NCBI GenBank assembly: GCA_050273025.1 | Contig: CP158635.1 | Coordinates: 25,420,001-25,484,000 of the forward strand | Direction of reading: 5' to 3' | Origin: Cenococcum geophilum | Taxonomy: Eukaryota | DNA length: 64,000 nucleotides | Shown here: positions 38,701 to 51,459 of the stretch, one piece after another | Layout of the letters: each line of letters opens with the position of its first letter | Position numbering within the stretch: position 1 is the stretch's first letter | Made by a program: the position numbers and the translations under genes | Notes under the pieces: generated by a model | What the model was told of the DNA's origin: nothing | Seen by the model: only the letters and a program-made list of their open reading frames with translations | Database searches by the model: none

Positions 38701-41700
38701 CCTTAACTAGGACAGCTTTTGTTAATATAGCCATGGCCGTAGTATACTACTAGAATTCCTTACTGATAAAGTTCCTACTAGCGTCGTAGGTAATATACTC
38801 AGGGGGTCTAACGTATGTGTCAATCCAGTAGGTCCGTAAAATATCCCAAGTGTATTTTATAGATATATTTTGCAGCTAACAGGCGGCTTAATAGCAATTT
38901 GCCTTATTAATTATATGTAATACTAGGCTACCGTTAATATATATAATATCTACGTATACTAAGTGGTTGAAATTAAGGTCTTTATAAAAAGTGAACTTAA
39001 ATCGGCCTAGGGAACGTCCGTATTTCTAGCAGAAGGAGCAGTATTTAGTTAGGTAGTTAACTACTTTCCTGTTAACGTTATTATGTCCAGAGCGTTTAAG
39101 GACTCTATATAGCTTTTCGGCTAACAGATGGCCGAAACAGCAGTATAGGCGGTGGATTTCCGTACTAGTAAGGTAGCACGGGTTATAGTTAAAAGATTCC
39201 TAAATGTAAGTCCGTAAAGTCTCTCCCTATATAAGGAACGGGTGTCCAAATTATTGTATAATTGGTAGGGTAATATACTTACTTCCTAGGGCAGTTACGG
39301 GGCCAATTAGGGTGTCCGTAACATTATTATAGTACACCTATAACCTATCTATATCTATAAGATAGAGTAGGAAGGGGGTGTCCGCTTTTACTATGTAGAA
39401 GTTAACTAGGCTAATTAGAGTCTTAACTTTAACTGATCTAATTAATGCGGTTAAGCCAATGCCGAATTGGACGTTTACGGCCCTAGTTTGCATAATATCA
39501 ATGTCCGTATTGTCATTTATGGTGGTCCTATATATAAAGTATTATCCATAGCCTACGGTAGACTTCTTAGAGGCACCTGTGTCAATTATAACACTATAGA
39601 ATTCCTTAGGGGTATAGCGTTCTGTGGTAATATATGCAAATGGGTCCTACTTATAATCTATAACGTTCGTAACGGGGGTGCTTATGGAATAGTTTTTAGG
39701 CGCAACTAAGTGCATAAAGGAACGGTCGGCTAATACGGTTGTAATATTAAAGGCTTAGCTGTCCGTAAAAGGTCTAAAAGTAGTTAGAAATGTCTTTAAG
39801 GTCTCTTATTCCTAAACATCTAAATTAAAGTTAATTATAAGGGCTTCTATTAACTTATTAGGGGGCTCTTCTACTTCCTCTCCTTCGTATTCCAAAATAA
39901 ACTGGTTAATACGGCTATTAAGTCTCTTCCTAGACTTATTACGTTCTTCCTAGGTATGCCTTATAGACTAATATCCTTCCTTGCCGCATATAAAGCACTT
40001 CTGGCTAGTTTGTCTATAGGGGTATACTTTTATACGGGGGTTACTGCGGGGGTTATGGGTAGGACTTGGTTAGTACGGGTGCTGCTAGCAATAGCGGCGG
40101 TCCGTAAAGTAGACGTCTAAGTCTGTTTGCGGATATTAAATATCTATAACAAAGGCTTAAGTGCTGCCTAGTGGGTTTAAGACTTTATAGGTTACAATAG
40201 AGGAGCGTAGATCATTAATAAGGCCAGCTAAGGTATCTACAGGCTTATAGTAGGCGTACTTATAGGGCTCTACTTCCTAGCAGGCCGTAATAAGTTTATT
40301 ATGCAGGAAGTCGTCTGTTCGAAGCTTAGCGTTAAGGCCGTGCTATAGGTGCCGAAGGTCTTTAATAAGAATTTACAGGCACTCTATAGTCGATTTTTCA
40401 GTATTCTTGTCAATTACGGTCCGTAGCTTGGTTATATTCCATTAGGTAAGGATATTACGCTTATATTCTAGTCCTTTAAAGTAGTTATAGGTAGCTTTGC
40501 ATAGCTTATTAAAGGGAACACCAAGGGGGTTACTCTTAAGGTTGGTGTAGTAGTGGTCAAGTGCTAGGCCGCGCAGCATAGTAGAGTAGGCTTAGCTAAA
40601 TTCCTATTTAGGAATATCAGCCTTCTAGCAAAGGTCCGTAAAGATAGTCAGTTTAAAGTCAAAGTTGTCGTTTTCGCCGCTATACTTAGATTCGTCGGTA
40701 TAGAGCTTAGCTAGGTTTGCTAGTTCCTTGCCGTAGGTCTTTACTTAAGTGGGTTACAGATCTATAACTTGCGGATATATGGCTTACGGATATATGGTTT
40801 GCGGATATATAGCTTATAGATCTATAACTTAAATAACGGAAGGGGTTTAGTCCGTATTTTGGTTTACGGGGGTATTATGGTCCGTAATTTAGGTTGCGGG
40901 GGTATTACAGTCCGTAACTTGAGTACTAGGTATACTTTAGCCAGTAAGATTAATTCTAAAACTATTTAGGTTTATAGGACGAATTTGGTTAAGTGGGTTA
41001 GGTATAAGGCCAGCGATTATATTAAGTTTAGAAAAAGTAAAGAGTTCCTTAGTTTCTTAAAACTAGTCTAGGATTTCCTCTTTAGTCTATTCCGTTTAGT
41101 CCTTCTTATATATTGTGTTATACAAGGACTATACAATAGTAACTCGTTTATTCCTTTTAACCCATATACCTTGGTTACATAAGAGGGTTTATAGTTTGTG
41201 GATAGTAGTAGGGTTACAGGCTTTAAAAATAGCTTCTATAAAGTCCGCAAAGTCTTCCTAATATTGCTCCCATAGGTCGTCGTTTATAAGCTTAAAGTAT
41301 CTGTATTTAAGGATTTTAAAACTAATATAGTCGTTAACGTCGTTTATAGACGTAACGTCAACTCCTTATCTCCACTTCTTTTAGCCTTCGCTAACTTGCT
41401 TGCTGATATCTACCATACTATATAGTGTAGTACGTAGCGGGTAGAAGGGTCTTATAGTGGTCCGTAAGGGCAATTAATATCTATAGCGGTTTGTAGGAGG
41501 GTAGGGGTTTCTATAAGGTCTTATAACGGTCCGTAGAGGCAATTAATAGGTCCGTAGTAGTTTATAGAGGGGTAAGAGGTCTCCGTAAGGGGTCTAAAAG
41601 AGGTTAGAGGTATTGGGGGAGGTATAGTAGGAATAGGGGTTTAAGGTTTAAAGGAGGTTTAAGGGTAGGGGTTCTGTATAGGTCTATATTCGCGTCTATT

Positions 41701-42100
41701 ATACTTCCGGTAAACCATACTAAGACTTAAATAAGTATATAGAGTTAGAGATAAGTCCGTAATCCCTAACTTCTGACCTTTTAGTAGGTTGTACTAGGAG
41801 TCTAAACGGGTGGTCGCTGTCGTATATATCGCTCGGGGGGAGGTATTAAGTAATTGCTGATCTGTGCGCGCTTACTAATCAGTATTCGTACTAACTTAAT
41901 AGCATAAGTAAGTCGTATCCCGGGGCACGAAATACGTTTAGTATCGTATGCTCTTTGGGATAGTGGTGACTGTCGATTCTATTAAGGTAGACTACGTGGT
42001 CTATATACTGACGCGCCTCCCCCCTAATTAGTCAGCACGTAGGTGGTTAGTGCACGAACGCGTATTTACGCGTTCGTACACCAGGTGCTGTAATTATACA
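35716..42100 (-). mobile_element. Full-length Ty1/Copia LTR retrotransposon (6385 bp), RIP-inactivated
   Basis: 218-bp LTRs 35716-35933 and 41883-42100; perfect TSD GTTAG (35711-35715, 42101-42105); gag-PR-IN-RT-RH order. Confidence 0.97.
36410..41416 (-). pseudogene. Copia gag-pol polyprotein
   Basis: GKELANLAKLYTDESKYSGENDNFDFKLTIF (~40640-40732); zinc knuckle KCFICGKEGY*SIRH (~39960-40000); protease IDTGASKKST (~39560-39590); integrase HRL..FGH (~39130-39155) and QMAVKAVNDTAGPNGLVPTLLVYG; RT and RNase H ending KSLYDCLVKLGT..EKRL...NNLVDAITK. Confidence 0.95.
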
Positions 42101-42189
42101 GTTAGTAAGTAGAGTAGGGTAAATAAGATTAAGGCCTAAAGTAGACTTATATATATATATGTGAATAGAATATAATAGAAACCTTAACC

Positions 42190-42685
42190 TAAGGTAGAAT
42201 ATAGTAGAAAGAGATTAGTGTAATAGGGGGCGAGCTATTAAAAATTAATTAAAAGCTAATAAAGCTAATAGGTATTATAAAGTACGGTAGAAGTTAGTAT
42301 AAGACTAGTGGAATATAGTAGAAAATATAATAAGAGATAGAGGCTAGTAGAGTACTAATATAAGAGGTTAAGATAGATAAAGGTTTAGTAGAATCTGGTA
42401 GAGAATAATATAAGAAGTTAAGACGGGTAGAGTATCTATTAGGTTTAGTAGTAAGTAAGATAAGAAATAGAAATTAGTAGTATTAATAGAATCTAGTAGA
42501 AAACGGGATAAAGGGCAGAATCTAGTAGAGTACTAATAGAATTTGGTAGTAAATATAATGAGAGAAGTAAACTAGCGGTTACTAGGTAGTTTTTAGTAGA
42601 AAAGGTACTATTAAAATAGGATAAGTAGTAGGATATACTGGGAGAGAGTATTAGTGGACTTTAGTAGAACTGAATCTAGTAACAC
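42190..42685 (+). repeat. Cluster of GAAT(C/A/T)TRGTRG motifs upstream of SNF2 copy 2
   Basis: Motif at ~42197, 42311, 42391, 42489, 42518, 42539, 42673; same motif and strand as the core of the 81-bp unit. Confidence 0.6.
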
Positions 42686-42949
42686 CACTTTACTATATCC
42701 GCTCCTATATAATAACTTCTTGCTAATATATTACTAGGCTGCTATACTAATACTCCCCCTAAACCTTATAATATATTAAAAGTAGATACTATATATATAC
42801 TAATAGCTTATTACACCTTATGCGCGACTTTAATCAAATTCCTACGTTATATACCCCTATTAAAGGTCCTTTAAATAACTAAGATAGCAAATACATAGAG
42901 TAAAAGCCTTATCCCATCTTAATTTTATATATTTACTATTATAATAGCC

Positions 42950-43450
42950 TTAAAAGTTCCTTATTAACCCCCTAATTAGATTTCCGTTAGACTACTATTC
43001 TATAGCTTACTCTCTAGCTTCTTAATTGCTTAGCCAACCTCTCTATAATAATCGTTAGCTATTACACTAACGGATTACTAACGTTACTTGCGACTTTAAA
43101 GAGCTATCTATATTTATTATTTAGACGGATAAAGGTTTTCTAGATACTATTAAGTCTTTAGTTTATAGTATCTAGTTCGGCTACCTTAGACTCTTTTAAG
43201 TCCTTAAACTTAGTATTACTTTTTTAATCTATTTAATTTCTGCCTTTAACTTATCGCGCTCCTTTATAAGATGGATTTCCGGGGCTAATTAGGCTATCTT
43301 TGTATAATCTAGCTCTATCTTTAACTAATCGCGCTTAAGCGTCTAAGAATCCACTATTGACTTTTATATACTCTTTATAGCCTCTAATTCCTATACGGAT
43401 TCTTAAGCTCAGTGTATTTTAATAGACTCTTATATAATATATTAGATATA
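42950..43450 (-). pseudogene. Coiled-coil protein fragment, unidentified
   Basis: Reads A*ESV*ELEAIKSI*KSIVDS*TLKRD*LKIELDYTK...IKERDKLKAEIK*IKK...; heptad-like. Confidence 0.4.
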
Positions 43451-43584
43451 ATAACTAATAATGTGCCCTATATAGCTTATTAGGGGATATAAATAATATT
43501 AAAAATTAGTAAAATAATTACCTATAGAATTAAAGGATAGAGTAGTAAATATATATACCTTTAGAAAGTAAATCCAGTTATATA

Positions 43585-44490
43585 TAAAGCTGTAGAGCTC
43601 TAGACGGAGCTCCGTCTAGAGCTTTGATAGAGCTCCTCTGTCTAGAGCTTTAGTAGAGCTCCTCTATCTAGAGCTTTAGTACTATAGAGCTCTATACTAG
43701 GTAGAGCTTTACGCGGGGCAGAGCTTCATCTGGTAGAGCCTCTAACTTATTTTTAGCGCGTATTATATTTAACTAAGAGTATACTAATCTATAATAATTC
43801 TAGCTTAAAGTAGACTCTATAATTAATTTCCCTAGCTACTAAAGCTTTACTAAAGCTTTATTAAAGGCTCTATACTAGGCTCTATACGGAACTCTATTAG
43901 AAGCTCTATACGAAGCTCTATACGAAGCCTATTAGAGGCTCTCTATAAAGTTCCCTTAAAGCTCTATAGGAAGCTCTACTAAGACTCTATATAGAGCTCT
44001 GCATCTACGTCTACTATAAAGCTCTATGCTAAGTCCTAGTAGAGCTCCGTATAGAGCTTTAAGTCTCTAGCGAAGCTTCTAGTAGAGCTTCTAGCAGAGC
44101 CTTTAGTAGAGCTCTATATAGAGCTAGAGAAATTAATTATAGAGTCTAGTTTTAAGCTAGAACTATTATAGATTAGTAGACTCTTAGTTAAATATACTAC
44201 GGGCTAAATTAAGTTAAAGGCTCTGCTAAAGGCTCTACCGGAAGCTCTACTAGAGGCTCTCTATAAAGCTTCCTAAAACTCTATACTAAGCTCTACTAAG
44301 ACTCCGCGTAAAGCTCCCTATAGAGCTTTAAGGGAGCTTTATAGAGAGCCTCTAAGTAGAGCTTTATATAGAGCTTTAAGGGAGCTCTATAGAGAGCCTC
44401 TAGTATTGCTTTATATAGAGCTTATAGTAGAGCTTCTAGTAGAGCCTTTAGTAGAGCTCCATATAGAGCCTTTAGTAAAGCTCTATATCT
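43585..44490. repeat. Foldback element of AGAGCTCT (12-13 bp) units with ~100-bp internal inverted repeat
   Basis: Dozens of GAGCTC/AAGCTC palindromic units in both orientations; ~43735-43838 is the reverse complement of ~44122-44225. Confidence 0.85.
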
Positions 44491-44509
44491 ACTATAATAT
44501 CTATTATAA

Positions 44510-45810
44510 TATAGGAAATGGTAGTAAAAAGGGCATACCCTTACTAAGTTTAAGGAAGTAGAATATAAAGGTATTGTAGTCTAGATAAATCCTAGTAAAG
44601 GGCGGTAGAAATAGTATACTAGTGTCGCATCTAAAGAGTAGGGTGTAGTAGATTCTGCAGTCCGGTAGATATAAGTAAAAGGTAGTAGAAAGGGCATCCT
44701 TAAATCTTATCTAAAGAAGCGGAATATAGTAGATTCTATAGTGCGGTAGAGGGCAGTTAAGGGTACTAGGAAGGGTATCTTAATATTATATCTAAAGAGT
44801 TAGGGTATAGTAGACTCTATAGTACGGTAGAGAACAGTAGAGGGTGGTAGAAAGAGTATCCCTGTATTACATCTAAAGAAGTAAAATGTAGTAGATTCTG
44901 CGCTATAGTAGAGGGCGGTAGAGAATAGTGGAAAGGGTATCCCTATATTACGTTTAAAGAGGTAAAATCTAGTAGATTCTATAGTGCGGTAGAGGACAGT
45001 AGAGGGTGGTAGAAAGAGTATCCTTATATTACGTCCGAAGAAGTAAAATATAGTAGATTCTGCGCTATGGTAAAGGAGGGTAGTAGAAAGAGTATCCTTG
45101 CGTTATATCTAAAGAAGTAGAATCTAGTAGATTCTACGCTGCGGTAAAGGGCGGCGGAGAATAGTAGAAAGGGCATCCCTATATTATATCTAAAGAGGTA
45201 GAATCTAGTAGATTCTGCGCTATGGTAGAGGATAGTAGAGGGTAGCGGAAAGAGTATCCTTATATTACGTCTAAAGAAGTAGAATATAGTAGATTCCACG
45301 GTATAGTAGAAGGGAGTAGAGGACGGTGGAAAGGGCATCCCTATGTTACGTCTAAAGAGGTAGAGTATAGTAGATTCTATAGTGCGGTGGAGGGTAGTAG
45401 AAAGCGATAGAAAGCGCACTATCCCCTTATGTCCGAAGATATAGAATATAGCGGATTCTGCGTTATAGTAGATGCTAGTAAAGAGCAATAGAAAGTAGAT
45501 TATTCTCTTACCTCTAGGGATATAGAATATAGTAGATTCTATAGTATAGTAGATACTAGTAGAAAGTAATAGAAAGTAAATTATCCTCCTACCTCTAGGA
45601 ATATAGAATATAGTAGATTCTACGGTCTAGTAAATACTAGTAGAGAGTAATAGAAAGTAGATTATCCTTTTACCTCTAGGTATATAGAATATAGTAGATT
45701 TATAGTATAGTAGATACTACTAGATACTAGTAGATACTACTAGATACTAGTAGATAGTAATAGTTGGGATTACTATCCTATCTCTAATAGATATAAGTAG
45801 GAAGTTTTTT
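44510..45810. repeat. 81-bp tandem array 2 (~15 units)
   Basis: Anchor at 44728, 44809, 44890, 44971, 45052, 45126 (one 74-bp unit), 45207, 45288, 45369, 45450, 45531, 45612; a 10-bp TAGATACTA(C/G) microrepeat at 45711-45756. Confidence 0.95.
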
Positions 45811-46039
45811 AATAAAATCCGTATCTAAATATAAAACTTAACCGCTTAGACTAAACTGTAATAATAGTTCCGCTAAGTAGTAGTCCTAATATTAGAAGGA
45901 GTAATTTATTAATAATAAGATAGACGCTACTTTTTTATTTATCCTCTACCTTTATATATATATAGATAGGACTTAAGCCTAGCTTAACTATTAAAATCTA
46001 AATAAGACTTTTACTACTATATCGCTAATAGTAGCTATA

Positions 46040-46570
46040 CTAGCGTTTAAATAATCTTATCTTCTTATAATGCTTAGTAGCTCTTTCCTTCCTTATATCC
46101 GTAGCCTAAGCCCTCCTAACTAAGTACTCCTTTTCCTTAATCCTACTAATAAAAATAGCTATATTATCTTTATCGTTAGCATTTTAAGGCTATATAACAC
46201 TAGTAATTAATTCTCTTAACTTAGCCTTATTATTAAGTATAGCCTCTAATAGTATACGCTTATTAATAAGGTGCTATATAAATACTTTACGGTATTATCC
46301 TAGACAATAGTTAGCTTTATAGCTTAGAGTTTATATATTAGTATAGACTAAGTCTTAAGAAGTATAACTTATTTACCTTAATATAAAGTATAGCCAGTCC
46401 TAAGTAATCCTATTGTCCTAATAATAATATCTATATAGGATGGAACAACGTAAATAGGTTTGCCCTTACTATTATAGGATATTATCTCTTAGTGGCTATA
46501 AATAATTATCTGCCGTGGCTTTACCCTCAGGTAAGACCTATATAGTGTAATACTAAAATCCGGATAGGCC
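46040..46570 (-). pseudogene. SNF2 helicase C-terminal fragment (copy 3), 5'-truncated
   Basis: KAYPDFSI...DIIIRTIGLLRTGYTL...VILLKT*...*AIK...CLG*YRKVFI...LLEAILNNKAKLRELITSV aligns by eye to 31700-32140; ends at the T-rich tract 46571-46592. Confidence 0.8.
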
Positions 46571-46594
46571 TTTATTTTTTTTTATTTTTTTTAA

Positions 46595-48330
46595 TATCCA
46601 TTGTATTGTACTACGTACAATCTCCGCAAGGAATAGGGTGTCTAAAATGGTAAACCGATGTATAGAAACTAGCCTTGCCTAGTAATAGGCTTTTAGTAGT
46701 ACATTAGCGTATAGGTTATAGACTTGTGCTATTTCCCCCTTAAACTTATACCACGAAAGGTTAGAAACGTTATCCTCCCTTCCCTTAAAGTACTTAAGGA
46801 AGTACTTAGTAAGTGGGTGTCACGAGGCGCCGGTAATACCTAGAGCGTTATAAAAGTACTACTTAAACGTTATTAGGATAGCCCCATCGTTAGTAGCGCG
46901 CCTTACCTAGGGGATAGAGCTTATGGCGGCCTTACGAAATCTATAACCCCTAAAAAGGTATTTAGCTATAGGCTTATATATCTTTTAAAGCTCCTACTCC
47001 TCCAGCTTACACTTCTATATCATTACCTCTCTATATATAGTAGCCTTGCTATACGTATACAGTGCGGCCTATCTAGAGATAAAGCATTAGACGTGTATAG
47101 TATAGAACTTAGCGAGGTAGCTAATGGACCCTACTACGCGCGTTATGCGCCAGAATATAAGCTAGACCTTCTCGCATCCCCTTTTAGTTTTAACACTCCC
47201 CGTTATTAAACTAAACTAGTCCTTTAGATTATACGCGGCGTTAGCCTTACTATTACGGAGTGCTTCTCGCCTTACGTCTAGGGGGCGACCCTCGCTAGGC
47301 CTATAGAGTGTCACTCCCTATAGTACAGTTATATTATACAGCACCGCCTCTATAGCGCGCTTAACCCCCTTGCTAAAGCACTCCTCTACATTATCTATAG
47401 GCATTATAACTGCTATCTCCCTTATACTAAAGAACCTTGCCCTAAAGTAGAAGACCTATATGCTTAATAATAACCCCCTAAGGTAGCTACACAATACTAT
47501 AACTATACCCGCGCGCGTGCTAAGGACTAGGTCGTTAAGGTCTTTTATATAATTATTTTACTTCACCCTATTAGCGGCTAAAATTCTTAATATGTTAGCT
47601 ATACACTCTATATATAGTGGTATATAAAAGTCCTAGTCAGACTTAAAGGACCTAGACCTTAGGACGAAATACTCTAGGGCCTAGGACCCACTTAAGATGT
47701 ATCCCGTATCCGCTATAACCGCTAAGAGTAATAATAGTTTAGGAAATAAGGGGGCGAGGTATATTAGAGGGTTAGTTCTATTTTTAAAGCACTATTGCAC
47801 CTTATTTAAATGCCTATTAGGCGAAACGTCTATAACTAGCTATACCTCTGGTATTACTAAAAAGTCTATCACTATAAAGACTATCTCCCCTGGTAGACCG
47901 TATAAGGCCTAGGCACAGTTATAAGGTCTAAATATTTAAGCTTATACGCTGTCTATAGCTTAGCATAGTCTCCGCTTTAACGCTAGTTAAAGTTTTAAGG
48001 GCCTAGTACTTAGATAGTATAGAGAAGTTGCCCGTAACTAGCGGTTCTGTTTAGCACTTAATAACTAACAGACTTATTTTTCTTCTAGCTTAAGGTTTAT
48101 TTTAGGCTGCGGGTTTAATTCCTGCCTTATACGTTTTTTATAGTCGCTAGCAGAATTGGCTTTCTATAGCTGTTAGAAGTTTTCCCTTACTCTTAACTAG
48201 GGTTTATCTTTTAGTTAAACTAAATTTACTTAAGCGTCGGGTACTACTTAAGAAAACTATTATAATTAGCTAGAAGGGTTTAGCTATAATAGTCTACTAA
48301 AAACATTTTAGGATGTAGTTTAAGTGACTT
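46595..48330 (-). pseudogene. Uncharacterised fungal protein with F-box-like start and nucleotidyltransferase-like GS...DxD motif
   Basis: De-RIP: LYGLPGEIVFMVMDFL...LLAVMADTGCILSGSRALEYFVPGS...SDWDFYVP...KVQLIF...FYATHVQCFISGWAALHTY...KYLSRGYRF; start approximate. Confidence 0.65.
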
Positions 48331-49044
48331 AAGAGCTTAATAAGAAATACCTTTAGATTAATTTTCTCTATATAATTTAAGGAGATAAAGAGAGGAATAC
48401 TAGATTGGGTAGGGAGCTATTATAAATATACCTACCTTACTCTAGAGTCGTAAGACCTCCTTAAATACGCCTATAGCTTTAACTATATCGCCCCTAATTT
48501 AAGTCCTTATTACCACTCGGCCCGCTCTACTTAACTCTTATTAATTAGATATTAATTACGTAGACACAGAGTTAATCCATACATTCTCTAAAAAAACGCT
48601 CGGTTTTACTAACACTATAGTAGATAAAAAATGTATACGGCATCTAATTACAAAAGTAGTATAATATATTTGGATTATCTTTAACTATAGGGTTCCCGAG
48701 AATGATTGTAAACCTCCCATATCTGCATTTTGGGTATTAGGTAGATCTACCTTTTTAACTACTAGATTTTACTATCTAGGATTAGAGAAAGAAGTAAATA
48801 ATACTATAGATATATCGCGGGGCTATGGCGCGAAATTTCCCGCTTAAACGGACCTTCGGTAGAATTAAGATACTTAAGAAAATATAAAGCAATAAATTCT
48901 ATCTTTATTCTCTATAAGTCTATCTACTACTAATATAAATTACGTCTTAGGCGCTAATAAGAGGACTATAAATAGTATCCTCTTAATGTTTTAAGTATAA
49001 CGTTAGGAATATTTTATACGTTATTGCCTATTATAGGAGTAGCT

Positions 49045-49121
49045 TAATTATAGGAGCTGGGTGATTATGGGAGCTAGGTAATTATAAGAACTAGGTAATT
49101 ATAAGAGCTAGGTAATTATAA
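49045..49121. repeat. 17-bp tandem repeat (GGTAATTATAAGAGCTA, ~4.5 copies)
   Basis: Directly visible. Confidence 0.85.
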
Positions 49122-51459
49122 TTTAACTATAAATAGTACTGTCTACGTAACTAGCACCTATTTTAGGTTAGCGTAAGCATAATAGGACTTTTTTTATAGT
49201 ATACTGCTCGCGCTTACCTAGGCAAGACTTAAGGCGACTTTTCGCGGCCGCTATTTTTTATCACGGCCATTTTCAAGAGGTTGTTAAAATATAAGGATAT
49301 AAAATATTTCGGGTGTTAATATTATTTTTAAAATTAGTAAGCCGTTCTTCGCCCTTTTGTTAAGATAATACTACCTTCTCCTTAAGTCCGACTTTCTACA
49401 TAGTAACTTAGTCCCCACCTTATACACCCGGTAAAGCGTTAGATGTAAAACACACGCGCTTAATAGCGCTAACTAAAGTAAACTAATACAAATTGTACCA
49501 GCTCTAATTTAGTAGCTAACTATAAGAGCCTTTTCTCCTTTCTTTAATACTGTGATTAATATAAGAAATAAAGAGAAAGTGTATAAACCTAAGAGATAAA
49601 GAGCGTATATATATATCGAAATTCCATCCTATAACCTGCTTGTATCCGCCTATACCCTTAAAAAGCACCTCCTTAGCCACTATTGCCGATAACTGCAATG
49701 GTAGTAACGTCCCTCCCTGCGTGCTGAGAAACCCTATGTGCCGCTCCTAGAATAAGGCTTAGTTTAGAAATAAAGAGCGTGCTAAGAAGTATAAAGGAAG
49801 TTATAAGTAGGAAGCACCCTTAGCTACGGCTTACTAAGTGCCTACGTACTACCTCGCTATTAGTGGGTGTATATAGAGATGCGTACAAGGCGAGACGCTA
49901 TTAGTTGTTTTATTAAACGTATACTAAGGCCCGATCTTCTCTTACTAAATTAAAAATAGTTTAGCGCTTCTTACTATAGTAGAGGTGCTTGGTTAGAGCT
50001 AGGGCGGCTAAAGAGATAAACTAATCTATATAAGATACTTTACTATACGGAATATTGTAATAGGCTATAATGGTATACTATCTATGTAGCCGTCTAAGCA
50101 TAGCGTTTAACTATTTTAGGTAAAGCTTACTGCTAAGACTGCTGCCTAAGGTAAGTCTAAGTGGTTTTACTATACGCTTAGCTATAGGGCTACCTTCTAC
50201 TAACGCCCGCATTTTGACTTAGTATAGGACGGGTTTAACGGCAGCATAATTAGCGGTATTTACAGCAGGTGATTAAAGCGTAAAATACTTTAAGCTTGCC
50301 CCTACTAGCAGGGAGGGTGGCCAAGCCGCACTGACTAGACCCTTGTTTAAGAGGCGTTTAATTTTTAATATAAATAAAGAAAGAAGTTGGCGTTTAAACG
50401 CGCTTTTCGCTATAGAATGGCATGTAGAGGTAAAGGTTAGTAGTGCGGATGCTAAGAGTTTCTAATAGCGGGGTAAATGCTAGCTAGGACTAGATGAGGA
50501 TCTTTATAAGGGAACTTTAGAGTAGAAAATTTGTTTTATAATCCCTAAATGCGTAGCGCACTCTCTGTAAACCGGTTAGTTTAAATAAGGGACCTGCTAT
50601 AAGCGAAGCCTAGCGACGCGAATACCACCCTTCTTTATATTTATCTTTATTGCGGAGTCTATTATATTAATAAAGCGTCCGCGATCCCTTAGGTCACACG
50701 TTTAGCGGTTTTTTATTTTCCTACGGGCGTAGTTACCTTATTACTGCAGGGTATATTAACTAGTGTTTATACCTTATTAGTAGTAGGAAATAAATTAACG
50801 CTTGACTTTTGTATACTATCTTGTTACATTTAATACGATTTTAACTTCAATTAAATATAGTGTTAAGGTTATATAATTTAACCCCTTCTAACTCGCTTCC
50901 TAAGTAACGGTTATTTAAAACTCTTGTATAAGGCTAAGCTTATTATTACTATTACTATTATAGACCACGTCCGCGCCTAGGTTAATGCTACCTTATTATT
51001 TCTAGAGAACTTTAAAGAACCTATACGTTAAATTTCCCTTTAATCTCATCTTAAACGAATACGTCGCTCTCTAAACTCCTATTAATAAGTCCGCCCTAAA
51101 CCTAACTCGTCGTCGCAATTATCTATAGTCAACTCTTTTAAGATAGACTCTATTACTAACACCTCTTCTATTACTTTACTTGACTTAAATATTAAGAAAT
51201 TTAGAGAAAGACTATCTTGAGAAATGTTAAGTATAGTGTATATACGCGGATAATAAGATTAGGTTAAGAACAGAATGGTAGTTAACATAGTACTAAAAAT
51301 TTTCGGTATTGATAGTGTTAGTATTCCACCCCAGGCAAACGGCCCCTATGGCCATATTGAGAAAATATATACTAGCAGCAGCTACTAATAGATAGCCTAG
51401 ACTAGTTTAATAAATAACTATATATTAACCTATAGTGTAATAGAAAAATTAATTTACCG

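Noticed and set aside
46571..48300. LINE element suggested by the poly-T tract
   Set aside because: The adjacent frame has no RT or endonuclease motifs; it reads as the NTase-like protein.
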